From the NCBI GenBank assembly GCA_964016885.1, contig OZ024745.1:42842001-42906000 (forward strand): 64,000 nucleotides of DNA. The letters are read 5' to 3'. The position numbers and the translations under genes are program-made. The notes below the pieces were generated by a model. The model was given only the letters and a program-made list of their open reading frames with translations. It was not told the DNA's origin and searched no databases. Every line of letters begins with the position of its first letter. Within the stretch, counting starts at the first letter, position 1. The DNA comes from Eledone cirrhosa. Its lineage: Eukaryota. This document shows, piece after piece, positions 1 through 13,282 of the stretch.

Positions 1-1082
1 CTGGCCATCACAATTTGCAAAAATTCAAAAGCAACTTCAATTGTCATCTCCTCTCTCCTTGAATTATGTTCTCTTTGCCTTTTCCTTCTCCCATCTACAT
101 TTTAGTGGCTTTATTCTCTTGTTGAGGTGAGCAAAGAAAAAAAAAATAGTGATGTCGACTTTATCTTCAGACTTCCGATAAAATAAATATCAGTAAAGTA
201 GTCGTGTGAAATGGCAAGGGCCGTAACTCTATGCGTCAAAGCATGGCGTCCGACCCTCTACCGATACTGCTAATTCATAATGGCTTAATATTTTGTCGGG
301 TAAATGGAATTCATTGAACAACACCTTCACAATATATTACAGGTACTTATTTGATCAATCTCTGAAGACTGAAAATTAAAACCAACTTCGGTGACACTCG
401 AAGTTAAATATGGTAAGACATTTAGTTCATTGTCTAATCATTCTTACTGAATATGTGTATGAATAACGTTAATTTCAGATAAACGATTAACACACACGTG
501 CAGCAAGATCGATCATAAGCTACTGCACATGGATGAGCGAAATAATAAATGAAAGTCCCACTGGCATTTGCTACTAGCAGACCTCTCTGGCCATAACTTA
601 TCAGCCTATAAACCTTGTCACATTGAGAGCAGTCATCTTTCACCAATTCACTGACGCTGTAAGGGTTTTATTACTTTGATTTCACCTGTTCATTCTGGCG
701 TCAAATCTGCACAGTTTCATAACCTTTTAAGTAGCCGTTTCTTGTCAACATCTGCTCGTCCTCTTTACAAAACTTTAAAAATTAGCTCATCCTTTAACGG
801 AACTTGAAAGTTATCACCTCCATTTTTACTATTTCTATCCAACAAATAATCAAACGTTTATATAGAAATAACAGCGCCGACGATGGCGTCGCTAGACAAC
901 AACAACGATAATGATGGCGTCGCTAGACAACAACAACGATAATGATAATGATTACCATCGTCGCCATTACCGTCGTCGCCGTCATTATCATCGCTATAGT
1001 CATCGTTGTCGCTAAGACCTCCATCGCCGTTGTCGCCGTGGGCTCTTTCTATAACCATATTTTTCGATTTCACTTTTTTTTT

Positions 1083-1132
<50 letters not shown>

Positions 1133-1219
1133 ATGACAGGGTGCTTGTGTTTCTCTCTCTCTCACTTGGATTTCGTTACTTCTGTAACTGTATGCAGATA
1201 GATAGATATGACAGATAGG

Positions 1220-1321
<102 letters not shown>

Positions 1322-1581
1322 ACCGGCCACACTCTATTTCGTTATAGAAAGTATGAAACGAGGAACTCACGTAAGTACGCTAGTAACCAACAAGTAGGGC
1401 AGAAAACAAATATGGAGCGACGGGTGGGTTGGCTGAGCGGTCAGAGGTGAAACAGGAACAATGAACGGAGCGGAATAAATCATTTATCGATGGCAAAACT
1501 AAACATTGCTTACTGAGGTGTGAAGCGATGGACGACCACATGTGAAGGATGGAGAATCAATCGTTGAAAGGATACATACAG

Positions 1582-1623
<42 letters not shown>

Positions 1624-1625
1624 TA

Positions 1626-1656
<31 letters not shown>

Positions 1657-1675
1657 GTGTGTGTATATATATATA

Positions 1676-1754
<79 letters not shown>

Positions 1755-1759
<5 letters not shown>

Positions 1760-1911
1760 GAAGAAACTGTGGTAAGGAACCAGGTGGACCATAACGCACC
1801 AAAGTACTCAATACTTAGGGTAGTAGAGTGGGTAATAGGAACGAGTAGGACCCCGACGGCTGAGCTCAAGCCGTTTCGACGGCTAATTCTGCCGTCGGGG
1901 TCCTACTCGTT

Positions 1912-1916
<5 letters not shown>
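1755..1916 (-). mobile_element. Short (TA)n-flanked non-coding element with terminal fold-back and the 3' half of a hammerhead (Penelope-type remnant)
   Basis: Related copy at 60350-60508. 26-bp inverted arms at 1835-1860 and 1891-1916. Minus strand reads gccgtc-GAAA-cggc..gccg-TC. Confidence 0.6.
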
Positions 1917-2001
<85 letters not shown>

Positions 2002-2046
2002 CAAATAAAATACAGAGTTACTAACTCATATTGATACATATATTTC

Positions 2047-2120
<74 letters not shown>

Positions 2121-2408
2121 CAGACATACATAAATATATACATACATTCATACATACATAATACACACATACATAAATATATGTGTGTGCGCATACGTAA
2201 AGGAGAGTTCGAATTAAACCCTTGCTCAACGTGTTAGAGTGTTTCAGCTGTTGTCTTGACAACAAAGTAATATTTCCTTATGACAATGATGTAGAAACTG
2301 TTTGGTTAGCCAAACTCCTAAAATGTCCAACAGCCATTGGTTATATATTGCTACTGTTTGTTGATTTTATGACCCCTCAATAAACCTTAACTGATCGATC
2401 ATTGTAAA

Positions 2409-2545
2409 ATAATTGTTTCTACTTTTGGCACAAGGCCAGCAATCACCCAGTACATTACTGGTACTTTATTTTATCGACCCCGTAAGGATGAAAGGCAAAG
2501 TTAACCTCGGCGGGATTTGAACTCAGACCGTAAAGGGACACAGGA
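2409..2545 (-). mobile_element. tRNA-derived SINE (family A), partial
   Basis: Family core GCCTTTCATCCTTACGGGGTCGATAAAATAAAGTACCAG, B-box GAGTTCAAATCCC and ATT tail on the minus strand. Confidence 0.85.
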
Positions 2546-2609
2546 AAAAAGGTGATTGCGAGCATCTTGGAGGTTAGATTAATTAATAGTACAATGGCTG
2601 CTGATTTAA

Positions 2610-2800
2610 AACACAAGGCCTTTCGGGGAAGGGGGCTCGGTTAAATTGAGCCCGGTGCATTACTGGTACTTTATTTTATCGACCCCGTAAGAATAAAAGG
2701 CAAAGCTTAACCTCGGCGGAATTTGAATTTAGAACGTAAAGGGACGTAACTCGATGCCGCAAAGGATGTTGTCCGACGTTCTACCGATACTGTCAATCCA
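2610..2800 (-). mobile_element. SINE family A copy
   Basis: Same core and head as 2986-3209, reverse orientation. Confidence 0.8.
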
Positions 2801-2834
2801 ATGTTTTGCGACATAGAGTTACTGTCTTTTGTGT

Positions 2835-2977
2835 TCTGACTCAAATTCTGCCGCTGTTAGCTTTTACTTTTCGTCCTTACGGGCTTGATAAAGTAGCAGT
2901 AACGCACAGGGGCTATTTAATCGACTTCCCCTCCACCATATTTGCTGGCCTTATGCCTAAATCAGAAATCAATATTC
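2835..2977 (+). mobile_element. SINE family A, 3' half
   Basis: Degenerate core, ending ggccttatgcctaaatcagaaatcaatatt. Confidence 0.75.
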
Positions 2978-2985
2978 AGGAAATA

Positions 2986-3209
2986 GGGTGGTGGGTTTGT
3001 AGTATTGGGAGAGCGTCGGACAACATGCTTGGCTGCATAGAGTTATGGCCCTTTACGTTCTGAGTTCAAATCCCACCGAGGTTAGCTTTGCTTTTCATCC
3101 TTACGGGGTCGATAAAATAAAGTACCAGTAACGCACTGGGATCGATTTAATCGACTTACCCCTCCTCCAAAAGTGTTGGCCTTGTGCCTAAATCAGAATC
3201 CATTATTAT
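2986..3209 (+). mobile_element. SINE family A, near full length (core resembles the Meta-domain type of SINE; family name from memory, unverified)
   Basis: tRNA-like head with B-box gagttcaaatccc (3062-3074), conserved core, 3' end ccttgtgcctaaatcagaatcc-attattat. More than 15 related copies in the window. Confidence 0.88.
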
Positions 3210-4263
3210 CCGCTTCATCAGACCAGTTCTATACCAATTATATTGAGAGAGCGAGACATAACAACGATTAAGGGTCCCTTACATTTTCTTTCCTTATATT
3301 TAAGAAACTTCATCAGAAGTTCTTATAATGAAGTAGTTATATATGTATTTGAATTACAGATTTCATAAAACATGTTTTTAGTCAAATTTAAAGTTTTTTC
3401 ATGTCCCTTATGTTTGTAAATTTATCCCTTCAAGTTTTGAGATCACTTAAACTTTTCCTTTTTCCTTCTCATATATTCTGTTATTCCTCGTACTGTTACA
3501 TCAATTATCCTGCACAATCTTCTCCCACTTACTTTTCAACAATATCAACTCTTTTCTCGTGTATTCCGTGATTATATTAGATGACGAAGTCCTAAAGTAC
3601 TTTATTTTATCAACCTCGGAATGATGAAAGACAAAGTTGATCAAGGTGAGATTTGAACTTGGTATACTTACATTAAACATTCCAGATTGTCCGTTATATG
3701 CTGTGTTGTGCATAAAATAATCGTTTAACTAAGTAACCACGTTGCCAAACAAAGTACTGGTATGTGAATTAGACTAGCTATTCTATGGCTTGTGTTTGAT
3801 ATAAGTAGCTATAAGCTAACAATCTCTCCGTGGACAAAAAATAAAGGTACTCGTTCTCTGATGTAGAAATGAAACTAGTAAGATCAGTCCTAATATGTTT
3901 CTTCTCATGGTGATAAATAAAAGTGTACATGAATTTGTGTAAAGTTTGCTGCGAGGTTTATAATTTATAATAATGTAGATATACCTACATTTTCTAGAAC
4001 AATACTTCTTTCGAACCCAACGCACACGGTTAAAATGCAAATCCCTTTCACCGAATTATATTCTTCCTCAAAAAAATATGTGTTATCGACCACCCTAGTC
4101 ATACTACCATCTTGAACTTAAACTTGCTGTCTGTTGAGGTCTCTGAGTCAGAGGTAGAGTCAGTTCGTACAAATACAAAGTGAAATTCAAACATCTAAAT
4201 AAAAATTATAAAAATAATAATAATAATAATAAAATTAATGTCGATGGTGATTGATTATGATGA

Positions 4264-4422
4264 CTTCTAATTTTGGCTCAAGACCATCAATTTTGGGGGC
4301 AGGAGCAAATTTAATTAAATCTACCCCAGTACTTGACTGGTACTTTATTTGGTCGACTCCGGGAGGATGGAAGGATGAAAGGCAGAAAGGCAAAGTTAAT
4401 CTCGGTCAAACTTGAACTCAGA
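4264..4422 (-). mobile_element. SINE family A, diverged
   Basis: actggtactttatttggtcgactccgggaggatg...ttgaactcag. Confidence 0.7.
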
Positions 4423-4767
4423 ATTTATCTTACATATCTTAAAACACCTTAAACCACTCGGCCCACTGATTCCACCATCCAGCGATCTTAGAATTGAACA
4501 AAAAGCAGCTAAGCTGTAAATTAAAGAATTATATTATAAAGAAAAAGTAAAAAAAAAGTTGTAAACATGATTTTATGTTCTTATCATAATATTAAGACAT
4601 ATCTAATGACTTGAATCAACTAACATCGCAATAAAGATAAACGAAAACTAAAGGACGAAATGTGTTTAGAATTTTCACACACACACACACACACACATAC
4701 ATACACACATATATCTATATTTACCTACATATGCTATATATACATATATATATATACACATATATAT

Positions 4768-4813
<46 letters not shown>

Positions 4814-4864
4814 ATGAATATACATATATATTCACATATATATAATATACATACGCATATACAC

Positions 4865-4975
<111 letters not shown>

Positions 4976-5361
4976 TGGTGGTCATTAGATGCGTCTTAAT
5001 CAGAAAGTAAGACAACTTTATACAAATTAAATCATTCCGGGCAATTTCTTTGCTTGTTTAGTTCTGCATGAAAACAACAGTTAAGACAACAATGTCATAA
5101 CATCTCTATTGAATGGTTTAATTGTCTCCCCTTCTACCTCCACTTGTCTTTCTCTCGCCCTCTCTTTGTCTTCAGACAAATATTGCCACCGTATACTTCA
5201 CTTTCTGTGTCATCCACCATTTCAGCCGTATATAATATTTTAGCGCGCCTTTCCAAGGCGTTATTATTGTCGCTATGACAACCGCTGTCACTTTATTACA
5301 GTCCCTACGATGAATGTCATCACCATCCTCCATGCCTCCCCCCCTCTCTCTCTCTCTCTAT

Positions 5362-5496
<135 letters not shown>

Positions 5497-5553
5497 CATG
5501 CACTTTTTTTCTTCACTAACGCCGTTTTGCTTTCATTCCCTTACTTTTTATAT

Positions 5554-5653
<100 letters not shown>

Positions 5654-6519
5654 AAGAGAGAGAGATAGAGAGAGGACAAGAAGAAGAGAGAGAGAGAGAG
5701 ATAAATAGGTAGGTAGATAGATAGATATCTTTCGCTGTCTCACAAGCTGTTCTCTTTTTATCACTTATGCCCGCCATTACCTCCAACATTTTTCTTACAC
5801 CTCCTCTTCATTCCTAATTCACCCCCCTTCAGTCATCCCAACACTCCCTATCTCTCTATCTATCTCTCTCTCTATCTATCTATCTCTTTCGCTATATATC
5901 ACTCTCTTTCTTTCTCTCTCTCTCTCTCTATCTATCTATCTATATCTTTCGTTATATATCACTCTTTCCCACTCTCTCTCTCTCTTTCTAGTTATCTATC
6001 TAACTATCTCTCTTTATCTTTCTCTCTCTCTATCTATCTATCTATCTCTTTCGTTATATATCACTCTCTTTCTCTCTCTCTCTTTCTCTCTATCTATCTC
6101 TCTCTCTTTCTATCTATCTATCTATCTATCTAACTATCTCTCTTTCGCTATATATCACTCTCTTTCTCTCTCGACACCTCCCTTCGTTTTACTACCCTTT
6201 TCACATCCTGTTACTAGCGCCCTACTACTGTCTCTACATCCCACCTCTTACCACTACTCTCTCCTCCTACAAATAAGCCCCCTTCACCTCCGCCGCCGCC
6301 GCCACCACCACCACTGCTGCATCCCCCACCTTATATCACTACACTGTCCATCTCCTCCTACCTACACTCCCCTCTTCAGCACCATAACAAGCCGATTACA
6401 ATTCAACCCTGACTGTGATTGTTATCCCGGCCTTGCTGTTACTTTTATAGTCACACCTATTGTGGAGTGAACCTCTTCAGCCGACCACTTCCCCGTCTAA
6501 AGCTAAACTAGACAGTGGG

Positions 6520-6900
6520 GGGGGGCAGTGCTTGTGGCGGTAGCGGTGGTGGCGGCGGTGGTAGTGGTGGTGATGGGGGCGGTGGTGGTGGCAGCAGTGG
6601 TGGTGGTGGTGGTGGTGGCGGCAGCGGCGGCGGCGGCGGTGCTGCTGGTGGCGGCGACGGATAGCGACGGCGCATGGCGGCGGCGGATGGCGGCGGAGGA
6701 TGGCGACGGCGGATGGCGGCGGATGGCGACGGCGGATGGCGGCGGCGGATGGCGGCAGCGGATGGCGGCGGCGGATGGCGGCGGCGGATGGCGGCGGCGG
6801 ATGGCGGCGGCGGATGGCGCCGGCAGATGGCGACGGCGGATGGCGGCGGCGGAGGGCGACGGCGGTCGTTGGCGGCGGAGAATGGAGGCGGCGGTGGTGT
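6520..6900. repeat. GC-rich (GGC)n/GGAT minisatellite
   Basis: Repeating ggcggcggat / ggcggcggcggat units. Confidence 0.9.
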
Positions 6901-7169
6901 GTGACGGTGAAGGAAAACAATGGTAATCATAGTGATTATTGTTATTGTTGTTTGGCGACACATCAGTATCAGTCGTGTTCCAACAAACAATAGGTCGAAG
7001 GAAGGATTGGCTGCTCTTTCTAGCGGCTTTCAGTAATCACATTGAGGCGCCGTCGCTGAATCGTGAGGATAGTAATCATAGCGGCGGTGTGGTGGGGAGT
7101 TGGCGCTGCTGATGGGGGTGTAATCAAGATAATAGTGGTGATGGTGATGGTGTATGCAGCTGGTGAGGT

Positions 7170-10100
7170 TGTAGTGGTGGTAGTATAGTGGTAGTGACGG
7201 TGGTGGGTGTAGTAGTGGTAGTGACGGTGGTGGGTGTAGTAGTGGTAGTGGTGGTGGTGGGTGTAGTAGTGGTAGTGACGGTGGTGGGTGTAGTAGTGGT
7301 AGTGATGGTGGTGGGTGTAGTAGGGGTAGTGACGGTGGTGGGTGTAGTAGTGGTAGTGACGGTGGTGGGTGTAGTAGGGGTAGTGACGGTGGTGGGTGTA
7401 GTAGTGGTAGTGACGGTGGTGGGTGTAGTAGTGGTAGTGATGGTGTTGGGTGTAGTAGTGGTAGTGATAGTGGTGGGTGTAGTAGTGGTAGTGACGGTGG
7501 TGGGTGTAGTAGGGGTAGTGACGGTGGTGGGTGTAGTAGTGGTAGTGACGGTGGTGGGTGTAGTAGTGGTAGTGATGGTGGTGGGTGTAGTAGTGGTAGT
7601 GACGGTGGTGGGTGTAGTAGGGGTAGTGACGGTGGTGGGTGTAGTAGTGGTAGTGACGGTGGTGGGTGTAGTAGGGGTAGTGACGGTGGTGGGTGTAGTA
7701 GTGGTAGTGACGGTGGTGGGTGTAGTAGTGGTAGTGACGGTGGTGGGTGTAGTAGTGGTAGTGATAGTGGTGGGTGTAGTAGTGGTAGTGACGGTGGTGG
7801 GTGTAGTAGGGGTAGTGACGGTGGTGGGTGTAGTAGTGGTAGTGACGGTGGTGGGTGTAGTAGTGGTAGTGATGGTGGTGGGTGTAGTAGTGGTAGTGAC
7901 GGTGGTGGGTGTAGTAGTGGTAGTGACGGTGGTGGGTGTAGTAGTGGTAGTGATGGTGGTGGGTGTAGTAGGGGTAGTGACGGTGGTGGGTGTAGTAGTG
8001 GTAGTGACGGTGGTGGGTGTAGTAGTGGTAGTGATAGTGGTGGGTGTAATAGTGGTAGTGACGGTGGTGGGTGTAGTAGTGGTAGTGATGGTGGTGGGTG
8101 TAGTAGTGGTAGTGACGGTGGTGGGTGTAGTAGTGGTAGTGATGGTGGTGGGTGTAGTAGAGGTAGTGATGGTGGTGGGTGTAGTAGTGGTAGTGATGGT
8201 GGTGGGTGTAGTAGTGGTAGTGATGGTGGTGGGTGTAGTAGTGGTAGTGATGGTGGTGGGTGTAGTAGTGGTAGTGATGGTGGTGGGTGTATAGTGGTAG
8301 TGATGGTGGTGGGTGTAGTAGTGGTAGTGATGGTGGTGGGTGTAGTAGTGGTAGTGATGGTGGTGGGTGTATAGTGGTAGTGATGGTGGTGGGTGTATAG
8401 TGGTAGTGATAGTGGTGGGTGTAGTAGTGGTAGTGATGGTGGTGGGTGTAGTAGTGGTAGTGATGGTGGTGGGTGTATAGTGATAGTGGTGGGTGTAGTA
8501 GTGGTAGTGATGGTGGTGGGTGTAGTAGTGGTAGTGGTGGTGGTGGGTGTAGTAGAGGTAGTGATGGTGGTGGGTGTAGTAGTGGTAGTGATGGTGGTGG
8601 GTGTAGTAGTGGTAGTGACAGTGGTGGGTGTAGTAGTGGTAGTGACGGTGGTGGGTGTAGTAGTGGTAGTGGTGGTGGTGGGTGTAGTAGTGGTAGTGAT
8701 AGTGGTGGGTGTAGTAGTGGTAGTGATGGTGGTGGGTGTAGTAGTGGTAGTGACGGTGGTGGGTGTAGTAGGGGTAGTGATAGTGGTGGGTGTAGTAGTG
8801 GTAGTGATAGTGGTGGGTGTAGTAGTGGTAGTGATGGTGGTGGGTGTAGTAGTGGTAGTGATGGTGGTGGGTGTAGTAGTGGTAGTGACGGTGGTGGGTG
8901 TAGTAGGGGTAGTGATAGTGGTGGGTGTAGTAGTGGTAGTGATAGTGGTGGGTGTAGTAGTGGTAGTGACGGTGGTGGGTGTAGTAGAGGTAGTGACGGT
9001 GGTGGGTGTAGTAGTGGTAGTGATGGTGGTGGGTGTAGTAGTGGTAGTGACAGTGGTGGGTGTAGTAGTGGTAGTGATGGTGGTGGGTGTAGTAGTGGTA
9101 GTGATAGTGGTGGGTGTAGTAGTGGTAGTGGTGGTGGTGGGTGTAGCAGTGGTAGTGATGGTGGTAGGTGTAGTAGAGGTAGTGATGGTGGTGGGTGTAG
9201 TAGGGGTAGTGATGGTGGTGGGTGTAGCAGTGGTAGTGATGGTGGTGGGTGTAGTAGTGGTAGTGATGGTGGTGGGTGTAGTAGTGGTAGTGACGGTGGT
9301 GGGTGTAGTAGTGGTAGTGACGGTGGTGGGTGTAGTAGTGGTAGTGACGGTGGTGGGTGTAGTAGTGGTAGTGATGGTGGTGGGTGTAGTAGTGGTAGTG
9401 ATGGTGGTGGGTGTAGTAGTGGTAGTGACAGTGGTAGGTGTAGTAGTGGTAGTGACGGTGGTGGGTGTAGTAGTGGTAGTGATGGTGGTGGGTGTAGTAG
9501 TGGTAGTGACGGTGGTGGGTGTAGTAGTGGTAGTGACGGTGGTGGGTGTAGTAGTGGTAGTGATAGTGGTGGGTGTAGTAGGGGTAGTGATGGTGGTGGG
9601 TGTAGTAGTGGTAGTGATAGTGGTGGGTGTAGTAGTGGTTGTGATAGTGGTGGGTGTAGTAGTGGTAGTGATAGTGGTGGGTGTAGTAGTGGTAGTGATA
9701 GTGGTGGGTGTAGTAGTGGTAGTGACGGTGGTGGGTGTAGTAGAGGTAGTGACGGTGGTGGGTGTAGTAGGGGTAGTGATAGTGGTGGGTGTAGTAGTAG
9801 TAGTGACGGTGGTGGGTGTAGTAGTGGTAGTGATGGTGGTGGGTGTAGTAGTGGTAGTGACGTGGTGGGTGTAGTAGGGGTAGTGATAGTGGTGGGTGTA
9901 GTAGTGGTAGTGACGTGGTGGGTGTAGTAGGGGTAGTGATAGTGGTGGGTGTAGTAGGAGTAGTGATAGTGGTGGGTGTAGTAGTGGTAGTGACGGTGGT
10001 GGGTGTAGTAGGGGTAGTGATAGTGGTGGGTGTAGTAGTGGTAGTGACGTGGTGGGTGTAGTAGGGGTAGTGATAGTGGTGGGTGTAGTAGTGGTAGTGA

Positions 10101-12050
10101 CGGTGGTGGGTGTAGTAGAGGTAGTGACGGTGGTGGGTGTAGTAGTGGTAGAGATGGTGGTGGGTGTAGTAGTGGTAGTGATGGTGGTGGGTGTAGCAGT
10201 GGTAGTATTAGTGGTGGGTGTAGTAGAGGTAGTGACAGTGGTGGGTGTAGCAGTGGTAGTGATGGTGGTGGGTGTAGTAGAGGTAGTGATGGTGGTGGGT
10301 GTAGTAGTGGTACTGACGGTGGTGGGTGTAGTAGTGGTAGTGATGGTGGTGGGTGTAGTAGTGGTAGTGACAGTGGTGGGTGTAGTAGTGGTAGTGATGG
10401 TGGTGGGTGTAGTAGTGGTAGTGATGGTGGTGGGTGTAGTAGAGGTAGTGATGGTGGTGGGTGTAGTAGTGGTAGTGTTGGTGGTGGGTGTAGTAGTGGT
10501 AGTGATAGTGGTGGGTGTAGTAGTGGTAGTGATGGTGGTGGGTGTAGTAGTGGTAGTGACAGTGGTGGGTGTAGTGGTGGTAGTGATGGTGGTGGGTGTA
10601 GTAGTGGTAGTGACAGTGGTGGGTGTAGTACTGGTAGTGACGGTGGTGGGTGTAGTAGTGGTAGTGATGGTGGTGGGTGTAGTAGTGGTAGTGACAGTGG
10701 TGGGTGTAGTAGTGGTAGTGATGGTGGTGGGTGTAGTAGTGGTAGTGACGGTGGTGGGTGTAGTAGTGGTAGTGATGGTGGTGTGTGTAGTAGTGGTAGT
10801 GACAGTGGTGGGTGTAGTAGTGGTAGTGACGGTGGTGGGTGTAGTAGTGGTAGTGATGGTGGTGGGTGTAGTAGTGGTAGTGATGGTGGTGGGTGTAGTA
10901 GAGGTAGTGATGGTGGTGGGTGTAGTAGTGGTAGTGATGGTGGTGGGTGTAGTAGTGGTAGTGATCGTGGTGGGTGTAGTAGTGGTAGTGACGGTGGTGG
11001 GTGTAGTAGTGGTAGTGATAGTGGTGGGTGTAGTAGAGGTAGTGATGGTGGTGGGTGCAGTAGTGGTAGTGACGGTGGTGGGTGTAGTAGTGGTAGTGAT
11101 CGTGGTGGGTGTAGTAGTGGTAGTGATAGTGGTGGGTGTAGTAGTGGTAGTGACGGTGGTGGGTGTAGTAGTGGTAGGGATGGTGGTGGGTGTAGCAGTG
11201 GTAGTGATGGTGGTGGGTGTAGTAGAGGTAGTGATGGTGGTGGGTGTAGTAGAGGTAGTGATAGTGGTGGGTGTAGTAGTGGTAGTGATGGTGGTGGGTG
11301 TAGTAGTGGTAGTGGTGGTGGTGGGTGTAGTAGTGGTAGTGACAGTGGTGGGTGTAGTAGTGGTAGTGATAGTGGTGGGTGTAGTAGTGGTAGTGATAGT
11401 GGTGGGTGTAGTAGGGGTAGTGATAGTGGTGGGTGTAGTAGTGGTAGTGATGGTGGTGGGTGTAGTAGTGGTAGTGGTGGTGGTGGGTGTAGTAGTGGTA
11501 GTGACAGTGGTGGGTGTAGTAGTGGTAGTGATAGTGGTGGGTGTAGTAGTGGTAGTGATAGTGGTGGGTGTAGTAGGGGTAGTGATAGTGGTTGGTGTAG
11601 TAGTGGTAGTGACGGTGGTGGGTGTAGTAGTGGTAGTGATGGTGGTGGGTGTAGTAGTGGTAGTGATGGTGGTGGGTGTAGTAGTGGTAGTGATGGCGGT
11701 GGGTGTAGTAGAGGTAGTGATGGTGGTGGGTGTAGTAGTGGTAGTGACAGTGGTGGGTGTAGTAGTGGTAGTGATGGTGGTGGGTGTAGTAGTGGTAGTG
11801 ATAGTGGTGGGTGTAGTAGTGGTAGTGACAGTGGTGGGTGTAGTAGTGGTAGTGATGGTGGTGGGTGTAGTAGTGGTAGTGATGGTGGTGGGTGTAGTAG
11901 AGGTAGTGATGGTGGTGGGTGTAGCAGTGGTAGTGATAGTGGTGGGTGTAGTAGTGGTAGTGATGGTGGTGGGTGTAGTAGTGGTAGTGACGGTGGTGGG
12001 TGTAGTAGTGGTAGTGATGGTGGTGGGTGTAGTAGTGGTAGTGACGGTGA
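7170..12050. repeat. ~4.9-kb minisatellite, 27-bp unit GTAGTAGTGGTAGTGA(C/T)GGTGGTGGGT
   Basis: Directly visible tandem array of about 180 units. Minus frame reads TTTTPTT(I/V)T. Confidence 0.97.
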
Positions 12051-12309
12051 TGGATGGTGGAATCATGGTAGTGATGGTGGGGTTTGGTGGTGGTAAGTAG
12101 AAGTGGCAGTGACTGGATTAAGGGGTGTGCTCCGTAGTAGCAGTGGTGATAGTGGGAGTAATATAGAGGAGCAATATTTTATGATCGTAACACGTGCTGA
12201 CATGTAGAAGAGAGCGATAGTAATTTATGTGGAGAGGGAGAGGGATGACAGGGAAAATATGTATGTGCTTGTGTGTATCATTATATATAATGTATATACA
12301 TACATATAT

Positions 12310-12790
12310 GGTTGCTGCTAACTCGTTTTCGAGTACGGCCACTACTTTACATCCATGTAGGAGAACCCCTACCGATGCTGGGCCCATGGTACCATGTGAC
12401 GACAAGTGCAGAGATCTCCAGATATAAAGCAATGCCTGTGCCGTGAAGCTTTTATAGTGAACAAAGGCACTGCACAAAGCCAGTTCCACTCTCTTAACCA
12501 AGATATTTACCAAAAAGAAGAACAAGTCAACATCATTGGATACCATCACGGTTTCAGGTGTTATGTCAGTTTTCCTTCTCCTAGAATTCTGCCTTGACAA
12601 AAGCTAAGGGGTCATCTCTCTCGGTGCTACTGGTAACATGTATCCCAGTACAACCTGTCTCATGGTCGGGTCGTTGGCGACTAAACTGGCAACCCCACCA
12701 AGGTTTCTTGGTGAGGAGGGTGACTTTGGACAACCTGCAGGACTAAAAACAAAACCTGTCAAAGGGCAAAGGAGCTCTTAAGAGTCAATG
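12310..12790. mobile_element. Probable non-autonomous retroposon inserted in/tailed by (ACAT)n
   Basis: Higher-GC island bounded by acatacat and (acat)n. Contains ctaggagaaggaaaact (minus), reminiscent of RTE UTRs from memory. Confidence 0.35.
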
Positions 12791-13282
12791 ACATACATAT
12801 ATACAAACATACATACACACATACATACATACATACATACATACATACATACATACATACATACATACATACATACATACATACATACATACATACATGT
12901 ATGCATACATGCACACATGCACACACATAAATATATGCCTGTGTGAGTAGATGTATGTGTATAAAAATTGTTTGACTTTAGAAGCATTGGGAAAATTTGA
13001 AATGCGTTAGTCCCAAAGAAAAGGACCATGATAATAGTGAAAAACATGAATAACAGCTGAGAAAATTGGGTAAAGTACCACTGGATTTAAAAAAAATTGG
13101 ACTGGGAGTGAGTCGGGTGAGTGCATCAACCACTACTCTAAAGCAACTGAGAACTGTTGCGTAAACAGTAACTTAGGTGGGCACGACTTCATCAAACGGA
13201 ATGTTTCAAGTAAACAAAGTTGGTGATATGATAGACCGAAGGACGTTGGATATTGATTGTCCAAAGTTACCCTGTAAAATTC

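Noticed and set aside
880-945. 31-bp direct duplication gatggcgtcgctagacaacaacaacgataat
   Set aside because: Local slippage in low-complexity sequence, with no further structure.
6477-6993. Pro/Ala/Arg-rich ORFs in six frames
   Set aside because: GC-rich triplet minisatellite, open in all frames, with no splice or domain evidence.
7170-12050. CRISPR-like or telomeric array
   Set aside because: No unique spacers, eukaryotic context, and the unit is not TTAGGG-like.
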